64,000 nucleotides of DNA from an uncultured Planctomycetaceae bacterium (GTDB taxonomy: Bacteria > Planctomycetota > Planctomycetia > Isosphaerales > Isosphaeraceae). Shown in pieces: positions 19,778-30,858 of the stretch (position 1 is its first letter; every line of letters starts with the position of its first letter). Position numbers and translations under genes: made by a program. The notes under the pieces are model-generated. The model was not told where the DNA came from. It worked only from the letters and a program-made list of their open reading frames with translations, and ran no database searches. The stretch spans positions 1,632,001 through 1,696,000 of the forward strand of contig CAWIAD010000002.1 in assembly GCA_963833985.1 (NCBI GenBank). Direction: 5' to 3'.

Positions 19778-20629
19778 GTGCGGCTGGGATACAACACCAA
19801 CGGCCTGGCGCATCACCGCCTGACCGACGCACTGGACCTGATCGCCGGGGCGGGGTACCAGAGCGCGGCCATCACGCTGGACGCCGGCGCACTGGACCCG
19901 TACGACGAGCCGGCCGTGCTTGCCAGGCAGATCCGCGCGGTGCGCCTGCGCCTGGAGCACCACGAACTCGGCAGCGTCGTCGAGACCGGCGCCCGGTACC
20001 TGCTGAACCCGCGGCTCAAGCACGACCCGACGCTGATGGACCCGGACCCGGCCCGCCGGGCCATGCGTGTCGACTTCCTGTGCCGGGCCATCGAGATCGC
20101 CCAGGAGCTGAGCGCAGAGTGCCTCTCGCTCTGGTCCGGGCGGCTCGGCGATGCGATCTCCGAGGAAGAGGCGCTGGACCGGCTGGCCAGCGCCCTGGAG
20201 CCGGTACTCCGCCACGCGGAGCGTGCGTCCCTGCCGCTGGCCTTTGAGCCCGAGCCGGGGATGTTCATTGATACCTTCCACCGCTTCGACCGGCTCGACC
20301 AGCGCATCCGTCATCCTCTGTTCCACCTGACGGTCGATCTTGGCCACGTCCACTGCATCGAGGACGGAACAATTTCCGGGCATCTGCTGCGCCGGGCGCC
20401 GCGCATTCTTAACCTGCATGTCGAGGACATGGTCCGCGGCGTTCACGAGCACCTCATGTTCGGCACGGGAACGATGGAATTCGGACCAATCTTCGACACC
20501 CTCCGAGCCATCGACTATCGTGGTGGCATTCACGTTGAGCTGAGCCGGCACAGCCATGCGGGCCCCGAGGCCGTGGCGGCCGCCATGAGCTTCCTGGGAC
20601 AGTTCATGGGCGCCGAAGCCGCGCCCTGA
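19778..20629 (+). CDS. Sugar phosphate isomerase/epimerase (TIM barrel, ebo-like cluster)
   Basis: LGYNTNGLAHHRL, VVETGARYLL, FEPEPGMFI, TVDLGH, HVEDM..GVHEHL, VELSRH. Confidence 0.88.
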   Translation: MRLGYNTNGLAHHRLTDALDLIAGAGYQSAAITLDAGALDPYDEPAVLARQIRAVRLRLEHHELGSVVETGARYLLNPRLKHDPTLMDPDPARRAMRVDFLCRAIEIAQELSAECLSLWSGRLGDAISEEEALDRLASALEPVLRHAERASLPLAFEPEPGMFIDTFHRFDRLDQRIRHPLFHLTVDLGHVHCIEDGTISGHLLRRAPRILNLHVEDMVRGVHEHLMFGTGTMEFGPIFDTLRAIDYRGGIHVELSRHSHAGPEAVAAAMSFLGQFMGAEAAP

Positions 20630-20853
20630 TTCCTGGCCGCCGGCCAATCTTCCCGGGTGGCCGGAATCGCCACGTGATTCATGCGCTGCGGTGCCGGCCG
20701 GACCAGGTCTGTTCCATGTGGTATTCTTGGCCAGGCCCCTCTCGGCCGGCCTGCGAGCCCCTTCTCCCCAGCAGGGAGCAGGAACGAATTGGCCCTCTTT
20801 CCGCCCGGGAGGAGGCCCGGGTGAGGGGGTGGCGGCCACGAACCCAAAATGAA

Positions 20854-20959
20854 CTAAATAGCTCCCCGTAAGAGGGAAAGTGTGGAACGGCCGCCCTCGG
20901 CCGTCCTGAGCCAGCCGAGGGCGGCTGGCCCACATTCCAAGAGGCGAGGATCTATTTAG
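20854..20959. repeat. 106-bp MITE/REP-like element, copy 2 (direct repeat of 4075..4180)
   Basis: Terminal IR CTAAATAGCTCC / GGATCTATTTAG (11/12); same internal hairpin as copy 1. Confidence 0.9.
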
Positions 20960-21537
20960 CCCCGGACAGCCCCGGCATCGGGAGGAACCTACTGGACTTG
21001 CGACAGGGCCCACGCTAGAGTAATGAAGATTTCAATAATGTCACCAGGCACGCAACTGGTCGGCTCGCAAAGGACTTCACCTCTCCCCTGAGCGAATCGC
21101 TGGATCCGTGGGCCTATGGGCCACGAGCTCCCGGAATATCAGACGGATCCTCCTTTCCGCGGGAGCGTGCGCTGGATGGACTGGAATTTATGCCGATGAC
21201 CTTCTGATTCTCTGCATCGAATCCTTCCGCGACAGAACGACCCATCGAACAGCGATTTCATCCTGCTTGCCCATTGATACGTCTGTACAGTATGGACATG
21301 AGGGTACACTTTGGGGATGTTTCTCGAATCGTGAATGTTCCGGGATCGTTCTCCGAAAAACCGATCAATTATGGTCCGTAGGCGAGTGCCCCCAGGCGCC
21401 ATCGTTCACTTGAGAGTGGCTCCGGTCGTCGATGACCGGCCTTCGCAAGTTGTCTCGTGGCATCTGGGCAATCTCAAGTGTGATCTCTGCTTCAAGCCCT
21501 GATCCCTGTCATCTTACCATCCCCGAGGAGAGGAGTC

Positions 21538-22642
21538 GTGAGCATGAAGACGTCGAAGTTAGGGTTCTCCGGCCGAGCGCGGCACGGATTCACACTGATC
21601 GAGCTGCTTGTGGTGATCGCCATCATCGCGGTTTTGATCTCGCTGCTGCTCCCCGCCGTGCAATCGGCCCGCGAGGCGGCCCGCCGTGCGCAATGCGTGA
21701 ACAACCTGAAGCAAATCGCCCTGGCCTGCCACAATTATGAAAGTGGCCAGGGTTGCTTCCCCATGGGGAATCGATACATGGACGTCACCTCGGGGTACAC
21801 CCAGTCGGTCTGCTCGAGTAGCAGCTGGTTTGGCTACTCGGCCTTTTGCTACATCGTTCCCTTTCTTGACGGGAATGCTCAGTACAATTCCATCAACTTC
21901 AATCTCGTCGCGAACTCGATCCGGAACACGACGGCGCTGGGGACGAAATTGAGACTCGTTCATTTGCCCGTCGGACCTGGAATCGACTCCTTACGTCGAC
22001 TCGAACGGCATCATGCGAGGGTATGTCCAGTGCTCGTACGGGATGAGCCGTGGCACCCAGGAGAACATTTTCACCAACTGGGCGGTCGCCTCTTTTCCGG
22101 ATCCGAATGCCCAGAATCCCCAGCACTGCAACGCCGCGCTCGGCAATGGCATGTTCGGAGCTGAGGCCGTGGTCAAGATGTCCAACGTGACGGATGGTAC
22201 GAGCAATACCACCCTGTTCGGAGAGATGTGCCGGTTCCTCAACGAACCTCCCGATCCCTACAATTTCTATTCGTTCACCGCGGTGTTTCCCGCGTCCGAT
22301 TTCAATCCCAACGCAATCAACGCCGGCGAGTACTTCCCCCAGACCGGAGCCTTCACGTTCCCGAGGATCAACTCGCCAAACGATATCACCGGCAAGAACT
22401 GGCAGGCCGTGTGGGGTGTGTGCGGCACGGGCGCCGGGATTCCGACAGACTGGCTGATCAGCTGTCCGCAATCACTGACGACTCTGGGCGAGTGGGCCTT
22501 CCGCAGCCGGCATCCGGGCGGCGTGAATTTCGCTTTTGCCGACGGTTCGGTCAAATTCATCAAGCAGTCCATCAGCGACATGACCTATCAGGCCCTGGGA
22601 ACCCGGGCCGGCAGCGAGGTCATCAGCTCAGACGCTTACTGA
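21538..22642 (+). CDS. DUF1559 prepilin-type protein, apparent frameshift near 21950
   Basis: [34 protein letters not shown], then VTDGTSNT and [20 protein letters not shown] in the second frame. Confidence 0.9.
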
Positions 22643-22759
22643 TTGGCCGACCATCGGAGACCCCCTCCGGCCTCGACGCGGGGCCGGAGGGCCGGGCCGC
22701 TCCGGGTGCAGACGCGTCCGGCCCGTATCGACATCGACTTCCCGCTTCGTGGAGACCTC

Positions 22760-22966
22760 ATGAGACTTCGAATCAAAGCACTGAGATTGCTACCCGCCGT
22801 CGCCTTTCTTGTTGCCGGTTGTTCGTCAGACGCCCCGAGTCCAAGCGAAACGAATCAACCGGTGACTTCCAAACCTGAGAAAACAACGAGCAAACCCGGC
22901 GGCAAGACCCCCAAAAAGCCGAAAGAACTGCGGAAGCTGACGGGCCCCACCGATCTCACCGAGTAG
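22760..22966 (+). CDS. Small Lys/Thr/Pro-rich lipoprotein downstream of DUF1559
   Basis: GGAG RBS, lipobox LVAGC, low-complexity tail with KPGGKT. Confidence 0.75.
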   Translation: MRLRIKALRLLPAVAFLVAGCSSDAPSPSETNQPVTSKPEKTTSKPGGKTPKKPKELRKLTGPTDLTE

Positions 22967-23114
22967 AGTTCCAGGGCGCACCGTCATTCTGGCCGCGGAT
23001 CGACCATCGATCGCGGCCGGCCGACAGACACCGCCGGGATTCTCCCGGCGGACCCTCGCAAGCCAGGATGCGGGCCCGAACGACGACGGGCCGGATGGTT
23101 GGTGTCGTGCCTGA

Positions 23115-25940
23115 TCACCCCCGAAGCTGGGTCATTGCGGAAGGTGCGGCGGAGCCTCGCGCCCGGGGCATCCTGGCAACGCCCTGAATCGCCTTCACCG
23201 CGTTGGCTGCATCACGGCGAATTTCGGCTTGCGGATCGCTCTCCGCAAGGCGATGCAAAGCCCCCTCCGCGGACTTCGCCTCGGGGCCCATCTGCCCGAG
23301 CGCCTGAACGGCGTGCCTGCGGATCTCGGTCTGGCCGGACGAGAGACTGTCGACCAGCAGTGGCACGGCCGGTTTCAGTGCGTCGCGCACGGCCGGGTCC
23401 GTATCGGCAAACGCGGCATGGGCCGCCAGGGCCGCGAGCGCACTCTGGCGGTCCTCGTCCGTCTGGGTCAGCCCGCCGAAATCCTTGAGGATCGCCGAGA
23501 CGATCCTGTCGCGGCCGATGGCGATCGAAGCAAGCCGCCCGAGCACCTGTTGACGGATTTTCGGATCGCCGCTCTCCAGACCACCAAGAAAAGGCTGCAC
23601 CGCGGGTGCAATGGACTTTTGCAGCTCCGCGTCGCGGCTCAGGCCGGAAAAGGCCGCGATCCGCCCGAGCACGCCGAACACTGCGGCTTTCACCGCGTCA
23701 CCGTCCATCTGAAGGGCTTCCTGGAGCGCGGGGATCGCCAGGGCCAGAGTGGCTCGAAGCTCCGGCAGCCGGCCGCGGACACGACCAAAGTCGGCCCGAT
23801 CGGAAACGCTTTCCAGGTGCTTCTCCAGGGCCGTCAAGGTGTCCCCGCGCTGCGTGCCGTCGCGCAGTGCCTTGACCAGCGTGGGAATGACTCTCGAATT
23901 CTCGAACATGATTTCGCAGAGGTCTTGCGCGACAGCGAGCCGGACCCGGTCGCTCGGGTCACTCAGGGCGGTTGCCAGCGCCGAGACAAGGGAATCGTCG
24001 GCCGGGACTTTTCGGAAGCGGGCCGCGGCCGCACGGACCTGGGGATCCCGGTCCTCCAGCGCCGTCAGGTGCGCGTCGAGCACCGGACGGGTGCCCGGCG
24101 CGATGGCTTCAAGGGCGTCGAGAATCGCTGCTTTCGTTGCGGGATCTGTCTCGGCCCTGAGCGTGGTCGTGAGGGCGCTCACCGCGGCCGAATTCTCGGA
24201 GCCAAGAACCTTCAGGGCGCCCACGGCCGCACGCCGGACTTCCGGCTGCGAATCCTTGAGCACATCCATGAGCGCAGGCAAGGCTGAGGTGGCCCGCCAG
24301 CCAAGACGTCCCAGCTCATCGCAGGCAGCGATCCTGGCCGACGGATCCTTGGCTTTCAGGTTGTCGCTGCTCGATATCGACTGGATCGCTCCCTCGGCGG
24401 CCGCGCGGACCGCGGGATCTTGCGTGCTGCTTGCCAGCGAGCGGAGCGCTGGGATGGCCTCACCCGCCTCGGGACCAAGCAGCATGAGAACGGTCAGCGC
24501 CCCGGTGCGGAACCTGGAATCGTCGCTTTTGGCCGCCTCCACCAGGGTGGGGATCAACTTGCGCCAGGTCTCACGGAAGCTGGGGTCCGCCAGCGGATCC
24601 TTGAAGCTGTCCACCAGGGTCTCCAGCGCTCTGGTCCGGACCTCGGATGCAGGATCTTTGAGCACCTTGCCGAGGGCCGCGATCCATGCGGCCGTGGCGT
24701 GTAACTCGTCTCTGCGGGCTCCCTGCTCAGCCCCCGAGGCGGCGGCTCTGCCCTCGGCGGGCCTGATCTGCGCGAGCGCCTGGATCAGCGACCACTGGCC
24801 CATGGCGTGGAGCCGAAGGACCACGTCTTCCTGGCTGTCCTCGATTCGTGCCAGCAGCGCGTCCAGGGCGGCGCGGGCTGGTAAGAGCAGTCCGGGTTTG
24901 CCCGACTTCTCGTAACTTCCCACGATTCTGCCGAGCACCGCGACGACGTCAAGGCGAGCCGCGGCGTTGCGGGCTTCCACCACCTGACGAAGTTCTCGGA
25001 CCGCCGCCAGGAACCTGCGCTCGAGCTGGTCGCGAGGCGTATTGTCGCTGGTCCGGTCGAGGATGAGCTGGCTGAAGACCATGCCAATGCCTTCCCTGGT
25101 AACATCATCGGCCTTGAAGGCCGCGCGGCAGAGAGCGGGAACCGTGCGGTCGTCGGCCAGTCCAATCCAGGCCAGTTTGTTGCCGGCTGCCAGTCGGACC
25201 TGAGGGCTGGGGTCTTCCAGGGCCGCGATCAGGGTCGGCACGGCGAACTCGAACTTCGGCGTCTGGCAATTCAGGGCCCTGGTACGTACGAGGATGCTCG
25301 GGTCCATGGCTGCCACGTGGGCGGTGGCGCGCACGACAGACTCGTTGTCGCGGGCGACGGAATCGAGTGCGCCGAGGCTCGCCAGGCGTAGCTCCTCGGC
25401 CTGGTCCTCGTCCAGGTAGGACAGCAACTTGTCGATCAAATCCTTCGTTGCGATGCCGGGACCGAACTGGCCGAGGCTCCGGGCCGCCTCGGATCGCGTA
25501 GCCGTGTCAGGGTCGTCGAGCGCCTCGATCAGCAGGGGTATCGATTCCTTGTCTTCGAGTTTCCCGAGCAACCCCACGGCCTGTCTGCGGACCTTCGCGT
25601 CGGCATCTTGCTTCAGCTGTTGCCTGAGCGCTGGCGCGGCCGGCTTCGACTTCTCGCCGAAGAACTCGAGGGACTCGAGGGCATTCCGCCTGACCTCGAC
25701 GTCGGGATCGTCCAGGGCCTGAATGAGGGCCGTGACGGCCTTTTCGGGGTCCGAAGAAAACCTGGCAAGCTCCGTCGCGGCTGCTCGACGGCGTGAAGTC
25801 CAGCCGCTACCAAGCTGGCGTACCTGGCCATCCAGCGAATCGTCCGGCAAGAAGCTCTCCTTCAAGTTGAAAAGGAGCAAGCCGCAGGCGCCCATGATGA
25901 CCAAGGCCAGCAGGCCGATTCCTACTCTCCGCCGACTCAT
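23115..25940 (-). CDS. Membrane-anchored HEAT-repeat protein (941 aa)
   Basis: N-terminal TM, many L..AL.D.D..VR..A..AL repeats. Confidence 0.9.
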   Translation of the reverse strand: MSRRRVGIGLLALVIMGACGLLLFNLKESFLPDDSLDGQVRQLGSGWTSRRRAAATELARFSSDPEKAVTALIQALDDPDVEVRRNALESLEFFGEKSKPAAPALRQQLKQDADAKVRRQAVGLLGKLEDKESIPLLIEALDDPDTATRSEAARSLGQFGPGIATKDLIDKLLSYLDEDQAEELRLASLGALDSVARDNESVVRATAHVAAMDPSILVRTRALNCQTPKFEFAVPTLIAALEDPSPQVRLAAGNKLAWIGLADDRTVPALCRAAFKADDVTREGIGMVFSQLILDRTSDNTPRDQLERRFLAAVRELRQVVEARNAAARLDVVAVLGRIVGSYEKSGKPGLLLPARAALDALLARIEDSQEDVVLRLHAMGQWSLIQALAQIRPAEGRAAASGAEQGARRDELHATAAWIAALGKVLKDPASEVRTRALETLVDSFKDPLADPSFRETWRKLIPTLVEAAKSDDSRFRTGALTVLMLLGPEAGEAIPALRSLASSTQDPAVRAAAEGAIQSISSSDNLKAKDPSARIAACDELGRLGWRATSALPALMDVLKDSQPEVRRAAVGALKVLGSENSAAVSALTTTLRAETDPATKAAILDALEAIAPGTRPVLDAHLTALEDRDPQVRAAAARFRKVPADDSLVSALATALSDPSDRVRLAVAQDLCEIMFENSRVIPTLVKALRDGTQRGDTLTALEKHLESVSDRADFGRVRGRLPELRATLALAIPALQEALQMDGDAVKAAVFGVLGRIAAFSGLSRDAELQKSIAPAVQPFLGGLESGDPKIRQQVLGRLASIAIGRDRIVSAILKDFGGLTQTDEDRQSALAALAAHAAFADTDPAVRDALKPAVPLLVDSLSSGQTEIRRHAVQALGQMGPEAKSAEGALHRLAESDPQAEIRRDAANAVKAIQGVARMPRARGSAAPSAMTQLRG

Positions 25941-26435
25941 GAACGATGGCTCCTTGGCTTCCCGCCGGGCTTGGGAAAAACGTACTCGATCTTCGGGACG
26001 GCCCCACGGGTGCCTTGCGCCATGGGGCGATGCGGCGGGCGTCGCCGCGACGGCCCGGTGGAACGCTTCCCGGAATGTGCGGGCCGCGTGACGTTACTGG
26101 ATTGCTGTCGCTTGAAGAGTCCTAGCCGCCTGGTCAGAATACACCATCGACTGACGTGATTGATACGGACAATGCGATTTTTCGCGACCCTCTCACGTCT
26201 GGAGCCAGACTCGAATCCGTCTCCATGACATGCATGAAATTTATATGCTTTCACCTGCGAAGGCGGCGACCGACCAGCTCGATCAAGCACGAGTGGACAT
26301 GCCGCTGATCGCAGATCTACGCTTCATATTCTCGATCTCCCTCGTCACCCATGGCAATGCCATCTTCAGCCACCGATCCGGGTCCGGGGGGCAATCTTTC
26401 CTCCCGCCTGCACCCACTACAACGCTGCGCCGGCC

Positions 26436-28200
26436 GTGCTGGTCGCCGCCACGACCTTCGCGGTCTTCCTGCCCTCGATCGCCAACGGCTGGGCTGACTT
26501 TCAGGACGATGGGATCAACTTTCTTCAGAACGAGGCCTACCGGGGTCTTGGCCCGCGGCAACTCCTCTGGTCTTTCGAGACGTTCCTGCTCGGTGTTTAC
26601 CAGCCGCTTGCCTGGATTCTGTTTGAGGTCCAGTACGTCATTTTTGGCATGATGCCCGCTGGGTACCACCTCACCAGTGTCTTGTTACACGCCTTCAACG
26701 CGTTCCTTCTGACCGTGCTGCTGGCGGCCATTCTCCAGCGCTATCCGTCCCTTGCGGGCGGCCCCGGCGACATGCCGGTTCGGGTCTCGGCGGCATTTTC
26801 GGCCCTGCTGTTCTCGGTTCATCCCTTGCGGGTGGAAACCGTGGCCTGGGTGTCCTGCCAGCCGTATCTGCCCTGCGCCGGGTTCGCCATGTTGTCGACC
26901 CTCGTCTATCTGTATCGTGATGGCACGCGCGGGCCGCGCCGGTTTGCACTGCTGGCCGCGGCGACCGTCCTGTATATCGCATCAGTGCTTTGCAAGGCAG
27001 CCTCCTTGCCTCTGCCCTTTGTGTTTCTGATTCTCGATGCCTTTCCACTGCGCAGGTTCTCGCCCGCAGGTGGCGCTTCCTGGCCGTCAATCCGCACCGC
27101 GGTGCTCGAGAAACTGCCGCTGGCTCTGGCGGCTCTCTTCTTCCTTGCCGTGACCTTCAGCGCCAAGTATACCGCTGATCCTGTGATCACTTCCCTGGGT
27201 GGTGGTCTGGCTCGGCGCTTTCTACACACCGGCTACGCCATTTTCTTTTATCTCGAGAAGACTCTTCTGCCCTGGAACCTGGCGGCACTGTACGAAGCTC
27301 CCGGCAGTCCCATGGACCAGCCGCTCCTTCTTGGCGGGGCCCTGGCAACCCTGTGCTTGAGCGTTCTCAGCTTTTTCCGAGCTCCCGCGCTGGCCCGGAC
27401 TTGCCGCAGCATGGCTGGCTTACCTTGTTCTGATTCTGCCGGTTTCCGCCATCGTGCGGTCCAGTCCGAGCATCGTCGCTGACCGCTATGCCTACCTGCC
27501 TACCATTCCCTTCTTTGCTCTGCTGGCCTTCGTACTGGCCCGCGTGCTGAGGCGCACGCCTCGAACGGGTACTGGTCGAGCAGTACTGCTCGGGGTCGTC
27601 GCGGCCGCGGCCGCCCTGGCCCTTGCAATCCAGAGCTTTCGCCTGTGCAGGGCCTGGCGAGACTCGGAAACCGTGCTCGCGCGCGCACACGCCGCCGGCG
27701 GCATCTCGACCGCAAGGTACCTGACCGGCCTGGCCGGAATCCGGCTACGCGCTGGCAGGTTCGCCGAGGCGGAAGCGGCCTACCGCGCGGCAATCGCGTT
27801 GCAGCCCAGCGTGCCGTCAGCCGCTGCCGATCTTGGATATCTTCTGGCGGCGCGCGGGCATCGCGACGAGGGCCTCATGTGGATCGACCGGGCTCTCGCG
27901 ATGGACCCGAATCTCGTGACGGGTCATTACCAGAAGGGGCTGATTCTCGCGGAGGCGGGTCACTTGGAAGCGGCCTCCGTGGAACTCGAGCAAGCACTGG
28001 ACATCAATCCATACTATCTGGATGCAATCCTCGCGCTGGGGAAGGTCCGGGACGACCAGGGCCAGCCGATGGAGGCTGCGCGGCTCTACCAGCGGGCTCT
28101 GGCCGGGGATCCAGGCAACCGTCAGGCCGTCCTGGGACTGGTCGAAACGGCGAGAAGCGCGTCGTCCAGGACGCAAATCCACGGATCAAACACTCGATAA
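26436..28200 (+). CDS. TMTC-like GT-C glycosyltransferase with C-terminal TPRs, frameshift near 27370, start uncertain
   Basis: DD motif, YQPL, YHLTSVLLH, FSVHPLRVETVAWVS, ADRYAYLP, followed by TPRs. Confidence 0.8.
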
Positions 28201-29301
28201 AGCGATCCGCATGGCTGCTGAGGTCGAACTCAGGCCGCGCCGGAGGATCCATCCTGGTGCCGCCATCGGCAAAGATCCGGGAGGCGGAGACGCATCGCAT
28301 CGCGATGATAGCAGGAGCGAGTCCAGCATGGTGATGATAGGAAGCACACGCCCTCTCATGAACGTGCGATGTCATCGATTTGCAACCGCAACCGATCTTC
28401 GCCTCACGTCGTAAGTCTTGTTTGAATGATACCTTGCGTTAGAAGGGAGTTGTGCGACTGCGCGAAAAAAGGGAAATGCTGCGGCCGCCTGCTTGACGAA
28501 AGCGTGGTAAGCTATAAAGATATTTCCAGGCGCGGGCTTACGCACCGAGATGATTCCTGCCACTCCCCGGTCATCCGGCCACCTGGCCAGACCGGTCGCT
28601 ACGGACAGACTGTATCGGTTTTCTGATCCCGTGTTCGAAGCGTGAGGGATACTGATCAGGCCTTGTGCGACGGTTGAGCAGCCGACGTGCTCGGACGCTC
28701 GCCATGTACCAAGGTCAACTGGTCTGTCCGGCCTCTGGCCTCCATGAAACTCTCCCATCGTCCGCGTGTGTCTTCCGTCCGGATCGCTTTCATCTACCTT
28801 GGTTTCGCGTTTCACGAGTTTCATTGATAAGTCAAGAAGTCACGCAGGCAATGCCGGTCATTGAAGTGGATCGATATGTGGCCCATGAACCCGACCGATG
28901 ACCTGATTGAATTGACGGTGACTTACGAGGAATATCAGGAGCCGCTCATGAACAGGACAACGCGACCGGCCTGCGGCGAGAACGCCTGAGGGGACGATCG
29001 CGTTTGACAATCCGCATCATTGCCAGGTAACCCCGGGACTCCGATCTCTCCAGCGTGAGAACCATTCCGGCTCTCGCGCAGGTTGTTCAGGGGCGGCAAT
29101 GAAGAACCCTGTCGCCGGTTCGAGCTTCCCATGACGGTCAAGTCTGCCGGCGATGTCATGGCTGACATCTGGAACGACGCACGCAGTTTACTCTGAACAG
29201 TCAGGTGAATTCCCACGATCACAGGCATTTCGCCCATGCCGAAGACTGCCATTGCTTGTTCTCATGCCTTTTTTGGTCTGCTCAAGATAGGAGCCATATC
29301 C

Positions 29302-30408
29302 GTGAAGACTCTGGAGTTGAAACGATCGGGCCGCGCACGCCCGGGATTCACCTTGATTGAACTCCTGGTCGTGATTGCCATCATCGCCGTCCTGATCTCG
29401 TTGCTCTTGCCCGCGGTGCAATCGGCCCGTGAAGCGGCCCGGCGCGCTCAGTGCACGAACAATTTGAAACAAATCGCGCTGGCCTCTCACAACTACGAGT
29501 CCGCCAATGGTAGCTTCCCGATGGGCTGGAGCGGCTTCGCTCCTCCCAACACCTATCCGGGATTGAAGCCCTGTCAGACAAGTAACCCGATTGGCCACAC
29601 GGCGTTCGTGTACATCTTGCCTTACATGGAGGGTGGGGCTGCATTCAACTCCTGGAACATCCTGCGGGTCTATAACAGCGTCTCGAACAACACCGGCTCC
29701 AGCACCCTGCTGAGCGCCTACGTCTGCCCGTCGGATACCCCGTCTTCCCCTGATCCGAGCGGCGACTTTCCCGCTGCCCAGGGCTCCTACGCCGGCTGCG
29801 AAGGTCTCCAGGAACAGCTCGTCTGGAACTGGGCGAATTCCACTCCGCCCGACCCCACCGGCCAGTACGCCAATTCCTGCAACCAGGGGCCTGGCGACGG
29901 CATCTTCGCACCGGACTACGCAACCCGCATTGGCGCGGTCACCGACGGATTGAGTAACACCTTCTTCTTCGGTGAGATGACTCGATTCATCAATGAGCCG
30001 CCGAACTCCAACTTCCAGTTCAACTACGCTGCCGGATGGTGGGCTGGCCCGCCCTGGAACGGCAGTTCGTTCTGGCCCAACGACACGCGTATCACCGGCC
30101 TGGCCACCTGCATTGCCAAGCCCAACTCGCCCGCGGATACCACCGGAAACCTGCTATCGACCTGCATCTTCAACTCCGGCGCGTTTTATCCTCCGGATCT
30201 TGCCCGGCTCTCGGCGGTCCAGACTTCACCCGTCTATGCCTGCACAAGCTGGGGGCAGTTTGCCTTCCGCAGTCTGCACCCGGGCGGATTGAACATGGCC
30301 ATGGCCGATGGCTCCGTGAAGTTCATCAAGAGTTCCATCTCCCTGCAAACCTGGAGGGGGCTGGCCACCCGGGCCACGGGGGAAGTGATCAGCGCTGACC
30401 AGTACTGA
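29302..30408 (+). CDS. DUF1559 prepilin-type protein
   Basis: AGGAG RBS plus GTG start; [45 protein letters not shown]. Confidence 0.93.
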   Translation: MKTLELKRSGRARPGFTLIELLVVIAIIAVLISLLLPAVQSAREAARRAQCTNNLKQIALASHNYESANGSFPMGWSGFAPPNTYPGLKPCQTSNPIGHTAFVYILPYMEGGAAFNSWNILRVYNSVSNNTGSSTLLSAYVCPSDTPSSPDPSGDFPAAQGSYAGCEGLQEQLVWNWANSTPPDPTGQYANSCNQGPGDGIFAPDYATRIGAVTDGLSNTFFFGEMTRFINEPPNSNFQFNYAAGWWAGPPWNGSSFWPNDTRITGLATCIAKPNSPADTTGNLLSTCIFNSGAFYPPDLARLSAVQTSPVYACTSWGQFAFRSLHPGGLNMAMADGSVKFIKSSISLQTWRGLATRATGEVISADQY

Positions 30409-30520
30409 TGCCCGGCTGCTTCCCGTCACCTGTAGTTTTGTGAAACTTGTCTCTCAGTGGGCGTGTTCAGCCGCGTGCGTGTGCCGGGCTGAACACGCCT
30501 TTTCTTGACAGGGAATCCTG

Positions 30521-30748
30521 ATGAAGCGATCGTTCACTTTCCTCGCGCCGGCCCTCATCGCGGCCATCTGCCTGGGTTGCGATTCCGGCACCACCACGTC
30601 CACGGACACTCCTGCGGCCAAGGACTCCGCTCCGCCGGCTGCCAGCACCACCACCAGCACCAAGAAGCCGGGCGGCAAGACCTCGAAGAAGACGTCCAAC
30701 GATAATCTCAAGCCGTCCGCGCCGCCGAAGATGAGAACGGATCTTTGA
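30521..30748 (+). CDS. Small Thr/Lys-rich lipoprotein downstream of DUF1559
   Basis: Lipobox CLGC, tail with KKPGGKT; paralog of 22760..22966. Confidence 0.75.
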   Translation: MKRSFTFLAPALIAAICLGCDSGTTTSTDTPAAKDSAPPAASTTTSTKKPGGKTSKKTSNDNLKPSAPPKMRTDL

Positions 30749-30858
30749 TCGCATTCTTTCGCGGCCAACCCGGCGCAGGCCTCGGACCTCCGCTGAACTC
30801 TTCTCATGATCTGGATCGGAACCGCCGGTAGCCGTGCCAGGCCGGCACGAACCCGTGA

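Noticed and set aside
20733..20830. Decayed CCCTCTCCC/GGGAGAGG-type palindromic repeat beside MITE copy 2
   Set aside because: Too degenerate, and single-copy within this window, to define boundaries
28200..29300. Small ORFs or ncRNA in the lower-GC intergenic region
   Set aside because: No convincing ORF, riboswitch or repeat recognised by eye; probably regulatory, and a covariance-model (Rfam) search would be needed
21538..30408. Diversity-generating retroelement acting on DUF1559 paralogs
   Set aside because: No reverse transcriptase and no adenine-specific TR/VR pair; similarity is ordinary paralogy
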